A DNA stretch of 64,000 nt from Fimbriosthenelais zetlandica (Eukaryota). The notes beneath the pieces are model-generated. The model made no database searches, was not told the origin of the DNA, and saw only the letters and a program-made list of their open reading frames with translations. Below, piece by piece: positions 52,580-64,000 of the stretch. Position numbers and translations under genes: made by a program. Within the stretch, counting starts at the first letter, position 1; every line of letters begins with the position of its first letter. The DNA lies in assembly GCA_977030845.1 (NCBI GenBank), contig OZ365118.1:18848001-18912000 (forward strand). The letters are read 5' to 3'.

Positions 52580-54366
52580 CACAGTATATATATGGAGGGA
52601 GGTGAGTTTATTGGCAGATGACCAGGACTGACTGATATTGGCGGACTGCTACATGAGCAGTTCCTCCTATACGAGTAGCTCACGTGAGTGGCTCGCCCCT
52701 GGGAGATGCCCCGCTCTAGTCATGTCGGCTGATTTCCATTCACATCCAGTACATAATAGGGGCAGTGAGAAGCCAGTGAAGACAGATGTCCCGGGAGGAC
52801 AGGTCTGATTTCTGTTATAATTGTATCATAGTCACTCTATGATATATCAGATTATACCGCCCGCTCTCCTTCCCGGATCAGAACTTCGCTGACCTCTAGA
52901 ATTTCATCCTTCAGCTTCACTTTGGAAACCTTTGCAAAGTGACAGGCGTGAAAGACATAGAAATGTAAAGGTGCATCTAGAGAGACTGAACTGTAAGAAA
53001 AGTAGTATTTGAAATCTGATAAAAAAAAATAGAAACCAGCCACACCCTAGATACATACTTTATCTACTCATCTCAATGAAAATCTACTTGAAATTTCTTA
53101 ATGGCCTTAGGGGATTTTCAATTCTTTTCGCTTAAATATTGATTGCTTGAATGAAGCATCTTGCTGACTCCATATAAATGTGGGTGCTTAGAATAGACCA
53201 TGGATGGTACATGGCATCTATATGAGATATATATGTCCTGTTTCTTCCCTTAAATGAAAGTTGCAGCAGAGTAATTACCAGTGAAAGTGACTTTAATGAA
53301 TTATGTCATCCAGGCTTCCTGTCATTGATTAAATGTCCGTCCTGGCTGGGGTAATGTTAAATATGTATTTAGAAGTCTGCTCAAGCAGCTTTCAATATCC
53401 ATTTTAGAGATGAGCAAGCAGTGATATGAGCTGGTCTCATACTTACCATCCAACTGGCAGACTTAGATGAACATTAATAAGTCATTGCCAGTAGGTATCA
53501 ATGAAATTTATCTTCTAAAGGATATCTAAAAAAAAATCCATCCTCGAGCCATCCAACGTATGGGTTGTGCCAATGTTTATTGCTGATAAACAATGGTGAT
53601 AAGGTGGTTATCAGATTCAAAAGTGAGCCAGCTATCCTTTTATTGCCTCCTAAATCAATGAATTGAGGCATCAATGCAAAATTTAGCTGTTGGAAAGCCA
53701 TCGATGTTTTTTCGCTTATCAAACTGCATTAAGGCTGAAGTAAAAAGAGCCAGACTGCAAATATTTTGCTGTGAGGATATTAAACAAGTGCTATGTATCC
53801 CTGAAATGAATGATTCAGTGGCGGAATGTAAGCCCGTATGAAATATGAGATATGGTTTTAACACGGTGTAAAATGTGAGTCAATGGGCGATCATTCTCTC
53901 ACTGTCACTACATCAATATTTGAAACAAATGTCTCCGCGCGTGAAAGTCATTAATATAAATGAGCGGGGAGTGAATACATGAGGAAGGAAACATCATAAG
54001 ACTCCATTATGTCGCTTGTCTTGAGATTCATGAGATCTGATTGTAAGAAGCCATTGTGAAAGAGGCGAGTATAATTGATGGGCCTCTAATGGAGGCATAT
54101 TAAGTGAGAGGCCTGAGTTATAAAGAGGCGTGGATGGCCTCCCTGCCCGCCGTGATTCCCCGCTGGAGGATTGAGATTCTCAACCAGGCCGCAGTGTTCC
54201 CCCCGGCTGACCACCCCGCTAACAAGACGCTTGTAGGGGTGATTGATGGGCCTAATTCTCCCTCCTCTCTCTACCTGCCATTCCTAATGCTACAGTGGCT
54301 TCCATCCACCCAGTGGACACGGGGACAGGTGTCAAAGTGAAGCTCTCACACTCGGGGGAAGCTCAC

Positions 54367-54556
54367 CTCCTGTTCCGGCTAGAATATCCTGGTCTCCAGA
54401 CGGCGGAGTAGCCGGAGAAGCAGTGTCTGAGGTATCCAGTGTCCGTCAGGGTGTATATATATGTATAATTCACTCACAGATCAACTATATATATATTGTT
54501 AGGACGTTATATTCGTCTTGTTCAGCCGCCGCACTAAGCAGGGCGGTTTGTCGCGA
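54367..54556 (-). promoter_or_regulatory. Candidate minus-strand promoter and non-coding first exon
   Basis: GC box GGGCGG at 54541-54546 and TCGCGA at 54551-54556. TA-rich TATA-like run at 54454-54467. Inr-like TCAGA with its A at 54428. CpG-rich 62-nt segment ending in the donor GAG|GTGAGC at 54367/54366. Confidence 0.28.
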
Positions 54557-57500
54557 AACAGTATCATAGAAATCACGATCAATGGTTGGCATCTAAAAAG
54601 GATGGGAGCATTCTTGTAGCAGGAGGGGGAGGATTATGGATCAGTGCCAGGAGGTTCTGGATCATTAGTTAAAAGCTGCCTGTTTCACTAAAGGTGGCTG
54701 TAATGAATGCGTCCCTAGTGGCGGTCCACACGGCAAGGTAGAGGGTAAAATGTCGCCACCGCTCAGTCGTCACGACTGGCAAAAAATAGTCCATCAAAGA
54801 CGTGCTGCGTAGGGGAGCCATCTTTCTCTGTAGCTCTGGGAATAACTCTTTTTCTATTAAAATATCATAGGAAGAATGGCTGATGGAATATTCAGTATTT
54901 AACCATATGATGTATCATTTCAAATAAATCATCCTTTTATTGGATTTCAATGTCCTCAATTGATAAATTCAATTCAAATGGAGATGATTTCTGTTGGTCT
55001 AATTCTCAATAAAAGGGTTTGTTTGAAGTTTAAATAAAAAAGAATTGATGAAACAGCATACCATGGGGATGATCAGGGCTTTAGCGGGTCATGAAAGCAT
55101 GTTAGCAGACCAAACTTTGTCTGGTATCTGGGATAGGGAGGTTGTTTTTAGTAACTATAGGTAACTCTAACCCTGGTTAGACTATAGCTGAAGGTGTAAA
55201 TGATTATGAGGGTGTATGGTTGGATGTCACAGACATCAACATATTGATCTTGTTCAATATTGCGCAATATAATGTGCACTGTAACAAGTGATTGTAAGGT
55301 AGCAGTGTATTAAAGTAAGGGTAGAGCAGAAACAGGGAAGCAGGTTGAGGGTACAAGACAATGTAGGCAGCAGAAACAATGTAAAGTTCACGGTGTTTGA
55401 ACGTCCGTATAACAAGTACACGCCTGGGACCCGGGCAACCTTCTATCTCCTACTCACACTACACTGAAGGCACTTTGTAGACAAAGGTGCAGACCTAGTG
55501 AACTGGAAATCTGTGCCAACTGAGTGAATAACCAGACCTTGTAAGCAATGTCAGGACCTGATGAACAAGCCAGGCCTAATCTCTCCGACTGTAATTCACC
55601 ATGGGCGAACTATTCTAGAAATAGCTGATCCAGCACTCTCACCTGAAATCTGTCTGTCAGATTTGAAAGCAGTGTAATTATGTTGGCTGATTCTTATACA
55701 TCTCACGGGGACTTCTTATCATGTGAGGATCAGGTAGACAGGCAGGTGGGCATTGGAATCATTCTCCAGGTGATCAAATGTGTGCAGAGTGGAGCAAAAG
55801 GGTCCCCCTGTACATAGAGAATGACTGGGTGCAGATCAGGTGAACTGGAAACAGTGCCAACAAAGTGAGCACGCATACCTCCACCAGCCATGGCATGTTG
55901 TATTAAATGTTACACAATCATTACATATAATAACTCACTATGATTTATACTCATATATCATGATCCCATAGTTGACAGTATTAAACATTATAGCCGCTTT
56001 AAATCGCTATTTCATTACAGTTCATCACACTCGATCTCATTATGACGAAGATGAATTCTGCACCTAACGAACTTCAAAGGTTTCAAAAGGCTTCCTTGTC
56101 GACGGTTAATGCCAAGATTTATAAGCCCCCCGGGAGATATAAGGATGGGAATGAATCATCAGATATTCTGTGTACAAAGAGTATTGTTGATAGGAGAACA
56201 TGATGATGGGTTATCATGCTACATTGCCTGTTAGTCATTATCAGTCAGCTTCTCTCTCCGCTACCTAACTATGTGCATATAGCGCGCTATGGTGTCCATT
56301 CACCCTCACATAGCCCACTGCTCACTGCCTTTCATCTTCATAAGCATGGCTGATAAACAAAGAAGCTGGTATCTTTGAGGAGACCACAATTGGTTCACCA
56401 ATGACCTGTCATGTTTAAATGTATCAGAGATAACGTTACTGTTTTGGCATCTGGTCTGTAAGCTGAGCCATCACATAGAAAGTTTGTTCGACTCCCAAAC
56501 CTTTATTTCTACTTTGTTGTACTACTCGCTGTTCTTCACTTCCATTAGTGAGGGAAGATGTTCCTCCATTGCTCAAAATAAGTCTTTTGTCAGCAAAGGA
56601 ATAATTTGTAAAGATAGTCTAGCCTTTTTAGTCAATTTGTTAGGATGATGTTAATGGCTCAGAGTTCTAGATGTTTTGAACAGAGAAAAAGCAGTGAGAG
56701 GCGTGTACCAACAATGGAGGTATCAGGGGAGTATGGGAGGGAGGAGTCTGGGGTCGTGTGGTTAATTATATGAAGTCTACGGCTCAGCTCCTGGGAGTTT
56801 CTCTACTGCTCAGAGCTGCTCTCCAGACTCGCTGGCCCTCCTTCATACCACCTCTTACTGGTAGAAGCAATGAGAAAATAATCTATTTAGATTCTCAGTA
56901 GAGCAGCATCGTTAGGCCTGGCTCTAATGGCATACAAATCAATGCAGGCTTCTGGCATTGCTGTAATCCTCAGTTGCTATTCTCAGATTGTTTTTCTTTG
57001 TAAATCTTCTGACAAATCTGAGTTAAAAAAAGTAGTCCAAAATAGGCCAGCTGTCAGGTCGGGCAATCTGTATCAGAGATCAGAAACCTTCTACAAAATG
57101 ACCCAGCAATAGGCCAGACACTTCAGTGGAATCTCTAAACCATTAAGCTAGAGCTCAAGGGAGGCCTTTCTAGGAAAGAATCAGAAATAAATTGCCTGAC
57201 GTCTTCAAAAGACTTTATACAAGAACTAAAATTAATGTATGCTTCAAAAGGATCCATCGGACGGGGACAATTCGTCCATCAATGCAGCTTTCTGATCTGA
57301 TAACGGCCACAATGATTTTTTTGTAAATATCAATTTGTTGTGTTAAAAAGACCATCAGATCTGGTTACCAGCAGGCGATAATTGACTGCCAACTGACAAA
57401 GATGAGATTATTTCGGACAGGCCCGGCTTTTGCTGGGGAATCTCCACTGTAGCTGTCTGGTTTTAACATCATTTTCATACACCATCATAATATGAAATAT

Positions 57501-60500
57501 CTCATTTTAAGTCAGGCCTACAGACACTAAGTGATTTATACAAGCCTGGTGAAAAAGTGAATGCAGATACCGTGTCGGTGTAAGGCTCGTCATGATGCCG
57601 CTCACGAGCGGAAACATGTATCTTAAGTGGGGCTCTTGGTGGGCCCCGTCAATTATGAGTGAATCGCCCTATTTAAACATGAGCATGGAAGCTTTTTGAA
57701 TAGCTAATTCACAATTGCCACAGGCGTTCTCAATGTTGGAGGAAGCGGAGGCATTAGACTTCACAAGCTGCCTGTCATTATTCATGCATTCAGTGCAGTC
57801 ACTCATTTGTTGTGGCGGGGTGACAATAAAAGGCCCTCTAGTTGGCTTCACTTTAAGAAGCCTGTTTATTCAGCAGCCTATAGAAGGCCTCCCATTCACT
57901 ACACACACATAATCTCTTGCTTACAAATGCATTGCTGGCCTGGATTAGTGAGCAGAAAGCTAAAACAAGGGGTTAAAGGTATTGTTGTTCAAGTGGCAAA
58001 ACTAAACACAACTACTTGTTTTTGTCTGCTGAGCTGGGGCTGGGAGAGGAGGTGGTTGTGAAGGGGGAAGCTTGGTGAAATAACGTGATGAATGGTCAGT
58101 GTTGGATAAGCAGGCTCGAGGAATTCAAAACATCCTCTTCTTGAGTCTCAAGAATAAGTTTTTTTAGAGGAACCTTTCAAGTGTTGCATTGCAGCAAGTG
58201 AATAGCAGATCCGTCACTTGGAAGCAAAATGTCAGCAAATGCACCAACGATTACTGCGTAGTTGTACTAGCTGCCTGGATGTGAATTAGATGTTTTATGT
58301 CCAGTAATTTCAAGTACTTCATTTATTTCATGAACAGAGTACGGACCTGCAACAGTTTGTAAAGTTCACTCCCAAAGGAGGAAATAATCGTTGAGGGATG
58401 ATTTTTTGGGGCATTGCGTCACTAAGTAATTCACCATTATTAGGTTATAGAACCATTTACAGTGATGGATGGTGAATGTCTTTGTTCTCATGAAACATTG
58501 TGTCATGTTTAGAATGCCCAGGGTACTTGTCCCACACAAACAATTCATGTTTCAAAATAAGAGAGCATAAGAAGTGTGGGGGGGTTTTTAGGTATGGTGG
58601 TCAGGGGAGGGTGACATGCTCGCCTGCTGAATATTCCAACACACACGGCTTAATGAAAGCACATTGCTGCAGGTCCACGCCAGACTTCTCACTGCATTCT
58701 CCCCGCTCACCCAGCCACACGCCAGTGACAATCCTGGCTAATAATTACCACAAAATCAAACCCTCCGAGATCAGAGACCAATTCTTCCTCCCACCGATTC
58801 CCCCCCAATGCCAATATCCAAATTTCAATCATGCTGTCCAGTCATATTTTGTAATCTTCTCAGCTTTTGGCGGATGGGTCGCCAGCCATAGTTAATTCCA
58901 TAATTGATAGGTTTTTTTTGACAGGAGATTGAAATTGCTCGATGTCTGAGAAGATTGGTAAAGATGTCTGCCAATGATGCACAATGAGCACTGAGGGGGC
59001 AGTTCCTGTAGCAGACCAGACCCACTCTCCATCCCCAATCAGATTTCATGGTCAAATCTTGACCAGGATTAATTGGAATCAGCTGATGATCGCTTTTTCC
59101 CCTCAATCAATGTTCAAAATAAATGGGAAACAAGTTCTGAGGGAGAAATTCAGATAAAAAGCGCATCAGTTTTCATAAGATGGATCATGTTGCGAAACGC
59201 TTAGGAAGGGGTGGACGAGGATGGTGGAGGTCGGGTGGCATCTGCCAGCGGCGGAATGCGGGGCATTACAATGCCTGCAGCAAGATTACATTCCATTCAT
59301 CATGTATGAAAGGGCTTGGGTTCTCCAGGTTCCATCTTTTGATAAGTTGGCGATAAACTGGGTTTTACACAGTACTGGGCAACACTGTATACACAGGGCT
59401 GTATAGACTGGAAAAAGCTATAATTCATTGAGCTAGAATATAGGTTATATTGTCCAACTCTAACACAGTGAAAGCTGTAGGGAAAGGACAGGATTGGAAC
59501 CAGGAACCTTTAGTTTAGACCCCTGCTACCTTCACCTGGCTATGGCACCTATGTCTATGAGAATTACAGCATCCGGCTCTTACACCTTAATGCACATGAT
59601 AATGACATTAACAAAGTGCCATAACTGATCAACTCTCCTGTTAGAGAGGTTTTATGAACAGACACCTTCAGTCTCAGCCACTTTCCAGACCGTGGGAAAA
59701 GCTAAAGCCTTTTTCCGACCCCTAACCTTCAATAATAGTGTTAAAGGGACAAGAAGTGGACTGCTGGATCAGCCAGAAAACAACAGTCAGTGAATATTTG
59801 TTTAACATCCACTCAGTTATCTCAGGAGAATACGGAAACACACTGTTGGCACTCGTTCTTCTCGACCAAAGGCAATGGTTCTTTGCCTCTCACCGCATTG
59901 AGAGAAATAGCTTGCATTTTACCTGCCTCTCAACACAGACAGTGCATGGAGGGATAGCTAGACTTTGATATGATAGAAGCACATTGGATGATATAGACTG
60001 TATAAGAGAGGTTAATACAGGAGCAATGAGAGTGGGCATGTATAAAGAGATTACCTGGACAGTCATGTCAGAACAATTACAGAGAGATGGTGGGTGTGTG
60101 TGAGTGGAGGGAGCATTGATGTTGATCCATGCTGTCTGAGATCTGTCACCTCTCTACTTCTCTCCCCACCCACAGCCTCCACACACCTCAACCAAATGAG
60201 CAATACACTCAACAATATTTTACCCACTTCGCAGAATTCTTCATTAAAAACAACAGAAGAGTATAATGCGAACATAATGGGTGACTGTAAATTGAGATAT
60301 TGAGATATATGACTGTAGACTGTGCATTAGTTGGTGAGTTTTTAAGGTCCCACCTACAGCATCTTTGTATTTGACATCCCTGTAAGCATCAGGTAACATT
60401 CATATAACTATACTAATCAATACACGGGACTGACGGCGGCAATGAGGCATACAATAGTTATAGACGAGATAAAAGCTCACATCCACGGTTCAATCCTGTC

Positions 60501-61726
60501 TTTGTTACCCATCCTCTCACGTCTGTATATGACTTAGCCATTTTTAATCAGCACCAAACCACAAAAGTACAATGGTTTAAGATTCATTCTGTATGGGTCG
60601 AATGGGAGGCCACCACACCCGGTTTTTAATAATAATGCTGATTGATTTTCCCAACTTGTCATTCATATACCATATAGAGACATGGTTAACAAAATACATC
60701 CTTAACACAGGGAGGAAATGAGCAAGGTGGAAAAATCAATATATATTTCCCAGTCTAATACCACCCACCATCTAGCCCCTAATGCACTAGGATGCATATC
60801 CGTGTTCTATCCCCCATCCCTGGTTTAAAAACTGTAATCTGATAAGTGTTAAGGCTATTTCTGTCTACTATCTTTGTACAGTTTTTACTTTGGGGGATTT
60901 TACTTAGGTTCGGGTTGTATTCACATAAGGTGATACTCATGAGTTGCTCGTGAGGTGAGTAATTAGTACAGTAGGTTTATATGAGCTGGTGAAAATAGAG
61001 CACAAGGCATCAAAGTACAGTGGTGGAAGCACTTAAGTGAATGGCGGTATATATCATGTTGAAGCAGGTTGAGGGCCAGGTCCCGTATCAATAGACTCCT
61101 CCCATATGAAACATTAACTACTCCAGCTGTCTCACCACCCATTTAAATACACGTTATTGTCACCAGGAGGCGTCGATCCGCTGACAGGGGGCAGTTGGTA
61201 TGGAGGTGTGCGGCGTGGTTGAGGGTGGTGTGGGGTGGTAGGGTCAGAATGTGACACACCATTACTGATATCAAACCTCACAGATCAAACTCACCCCACA
61301 GATCAAACTCACCCCGCCTAACTCACCCAACACACCCAACGCTCATTCCCTATGCCTTCCACAGCTCTTTTTTTGTTTTGGCTTTTTTTGTAGATTGTTT
61401 TTGGATCATTTGATGTGATTCGGCATGTGAATACTATTATGCCCAGCTGTTTCTATCAGGGGTTTTATTGGGAGAATCATTGTTTTAGACAATGTTTTAT
61501 CAAAGCTTATTTGCACATCAGTTGACCTGCACCCCAAAGAAGCTTGGGTGCAGTCGCAGATCACAAAGCTTGGGTGCAGTTATGTAATACAATGTTTCTG
61601 GGTCAACATGAGCAAATGGGCAAATACAGGGAGTGCCAAATGTAAGAATGATAATGGGGGGATGTAGGATAGATTGCTACAAGAACGCGGCTGATCCTCT
61701 CTGGCAGTATTTGCATTGAGTACATG

Positions 61727-61819
61727 GTTGCCTGGAGTAACAAGTCATTCTCCGCGGCCAAAAATCAGGTTTAAAGTGAGCGGCTGAGCAGGTTAAAAGC
61801 CGGGCACTTACCTTATATA
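61727..61819 (-). promoter_or_regulatory. RFX X-box with an adjacent TATA-like element and splice-donor motif
   Basis: GTTGCC-TGG-AGTAAC at 61727-61741 fits GTNRCC(N0-3)RGYAAC. The minus strand reads TATATAAG|GTAAGT around 61819-61806. Confidence 0.25.
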
Positions 61820-62394
61820 CTGCTCCCTGACTGGTGAATGTTTCCTACAACTCGCGCAAACACAATGTTTTAAATCATCCGAGGTGGAGAGTGTGCATGT
61901 ACACTCTCTGTCTATAACAGATCTAGTGAGTTTAAGTGTCCACCAATGGTTATATAGTATCTTGATGACCTGGTGATGGCATTAAGAGTGCTCCGGGGTT
62001 TTAGTTAAAGCTTCTTGTCATATATCTTGACATGTATGAGTAGCTCCTGACCAGAGGCCAGCTTTACAGCTGAATGCTACACGAGTGAATGGCAAGGGTT
62101 GACTGGTGGTGGAGGGACCAGCTGTCCCGGACGCGTCCACTAGGTAGAGTGAGGTGTGGATGGTTGAGTGAGGAGTAGTGGGAGGAGGAGGAGTCGCAGG
62201 AGGAGGAGGAGGTGCCTGGTGAAGCTACTGCTTCCTCCTCACCTCTCACTCCCTCCACACACAGCCCACACAGATCCACACAGAATACCCCCTCCTCCTC
62301 CTTCCTCTCTGCCTCACTGAACTTGGGATGTTTGCAAAACAGGGAGGAGGTATAGAAGTAGAGAATGGTTGCTAACACTAACAGCTGTTCTAGC

Positions 62395-62481
62395 CTAGTC
62401 TAGCCTAGTCTCAGTAGTACGATCAGGCACCATGTGAAGCTAGTCTAGCCTAGTCTCAGTAGTACGATCAGGCACCATGTG
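62395..62481. repeat. Perfect 42-bp duplication (45-bp period)
   Basis: CTAGTCTAGCCTAGTCTCAGTAGTACGATCAGGCACCATGTG at 62395 and 62440. Confidence 0.95.
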
Positions 62482-62649
62482 GAAAGGCCAGCCAGTCAGG
62501 CCAACAGAATACAAAACCAGCTTTCTACTAGCGTTGATTGAATGAAATGAGAGTAGAAGCAGTTGGCGCGACTATTAGGGATATACAGGGAGCTGTTAGA
62601 CTAGTGAGATCCCTCAACCATAGAGATAGGCAGTGAGGGATAGAGGGCG

Positions 62650-62742
62650 GAGATGTGGGGGTGGGGGTAGAGAGTGGAGATGTGGGGGTGGGGGTAGAGA
62701 GCGAGATGTGGGGGTGGGGGTGGGGGTAGAGAGCGAGATGTG
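62650..62742. repeat. G-rich 26-27-bp tandem repeat, G4-capable
   Basis: GAGATGTGGGGGTGGGGGTAGAGAG(TG/C), about 3.5 copies. Confidence 0.88.
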
Positions 62743-63151
62743 AATGGTGGGGGTAGGTTTAGTGAATGGTGTGGGTGGGGTGTGGGTGGGGGGTGGGTAG
62801 GTTGTTTGGGGTGGTGTGTGGTATATATAGCAGTAGGTTTGACTTCCGTACACCATGTATGTTGTCTGTGATGGTTGTATGAGATCTACTCGGTACAAGT
62901 GCCTCTAACCTGGACGCTAGCTTTGAGGCGTACTGCACCCAGTCTACGGCATGAGCAGCTCATTGTATTAGGAACACGTTGACGGGGCGAGCTTGTAGGA
63001 GTTTAAGAACAAACAGTGGAGCACGGAGGTGGCGTGAAGCTCCACTGAATCCATGCTACTCTAATCTCACTGCTTCATCTGGATTTGGGTTGAAGTCAAG
63101 TGCGAGAATGAGCTGGTGGTGGAGGGGCACGTGCTGCCAGATGTCTTGGTG

Positions 63152-63222
63152 TGGGGGATGGGCGGGGTGGGTGGGAGGGTGGATGGGTGGGTGGGAGGGT
63201 GGATGGGTGGGTGGGTGGGTGG
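63152..63222. repeat. (GGGT)n-like 20-bp tandem repeat, G4-capable
   Basis: GGGTGGGTGGGAGGGTGGAT units. Confidence 0.85.
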
Positions 63223-64000
63223 ACAATTGACGAATAAAGGCCATCTTCAATCATTGCATACTTGCTGGGCCATTCCTACATTACCAGAGATATAAATAAT
63301 CCCAGCATATGAGGTATTAAGAAGCATGATATGAAGTCACAAGAAATATGCCAATTCCCAAATGAACCAGACAAAAGGGAACAAAATGCACAAAGCAAAG
63401 CTTTCGCACAGCACAATAACTCGCCTTTCTTCTGGTCTAGGCATACCTCAGTTCAGGTAATATCTGATCCAAGGATAGGCTTTTTTAGTTGATAGAATAA
63501 GAAAGAGATGGAGAGATGTATGTGGGTGCATGGGGGACTTTTTACATATCCAATGCTGATTAGTCATATTTCTTCATCTTCAAGCCAGACTTATGCAGGA
63601 GGTATTTTTAAATGTCAAAAAATGTAAGCTTAGTGTGATATGTATGAATGATACACTCTAGACACGTCGCATTGGATTACTTCTAAAACATAGTGACAGA
63701 CAAAAACCAACTGCCAACTGATAAGGAAGCCAGACATATATAATTCTTCATTTATAAAGTAAACTAGAATCTTGTTAGCGCCTCTGATAAACTCAGTTAA
63801 ATTCAGTTAAAGTTTAACCAAACTATTGTTGGCCCACACAAGCCTGACAATGAATTGAGACTTTGTCAGGCCTATATTTCGCCAGGTTTTTCCCACGAGT
63901 TTTCCAGTACTTCTCTGGAAAACTTATATAAAGATTTCCATGATTTCCTAGAGTCTACTCTGCTTAAGAGTAGGAACTATATGAAAGCTTGGATCACCAT

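Noticed and set aside
53439-53450. ATACTTACC resembling the U1 snRNA 5' end
   Set aside because: The following sequence is not U1. It is better read as a minus-strand GTAAGT donor motif.
25235-59709. Identical 17-mer TGGGAAAAGCTAAAGCC at 25235 and 59693
   Set aside because: One such match is not improbable in 64 kb of AT-biased DNA, and the flanks are unrelated.
58985-61197. AGGGGGCAGT motifs at about 58995 and 61187 as CTCF sites
   Set aside because: The 5' half of the CTCF core has two or three mismatches, much weaker than the 22.67 and 23.05 kb sites.
1-64000. ORF-track entries as protein-coding genes
   Set aside because: None shows a domain or family I recognise. The long ones derive from tandem or low-complexity repeats, and the rest fit chance lengths in non-coding DNA.

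Overview
This window reads as animal genomic DNA, most likely from a bilaterian invertebrate. GC looks low-40s % by eye, CpG is depleted apart from local CpG-rich patches, and it carries CTCF, YY1, NRF1, CRE and CArG motifs plus GT-AG splice signals. I cannot assign the species. I found no recognisable protein-coding gene, rRNA, tRNA, snRNA, known miRNA, CRISPR array or intact transposase/RT. The long ORFs come from tandem repeats or are of a length expected by chance. It looks like a long intron or intergenic regulatory landscape. Well-supported features are three minisatellites (16, 21 and 17 bp units), several G- or purine-rich tracts, many small tandem duplications and one 1.1 kb TA-flanked Tc1/mariner (pogo/Tigger-like) MITE. 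The most interesting inferred signals are three. (1) A promoter at 31.5-31.96 kb with c-fos-like immediate-early architecture (Ets+CArG, ETS, two CREs, TATA, short first exon), with no coding exon I can recognise in the 32 kb downstream. (2) A divergent pair of consensus CTCF sites at 22.67 and 23.05 kb. (3) A dense Sox-site cluster next to NRF1 and YY1 motifs at 38.9-39.2 kb. I cannot support a novel multi-gene system from this sequence alone, and all regulatory calls are motif-based and need functional data.
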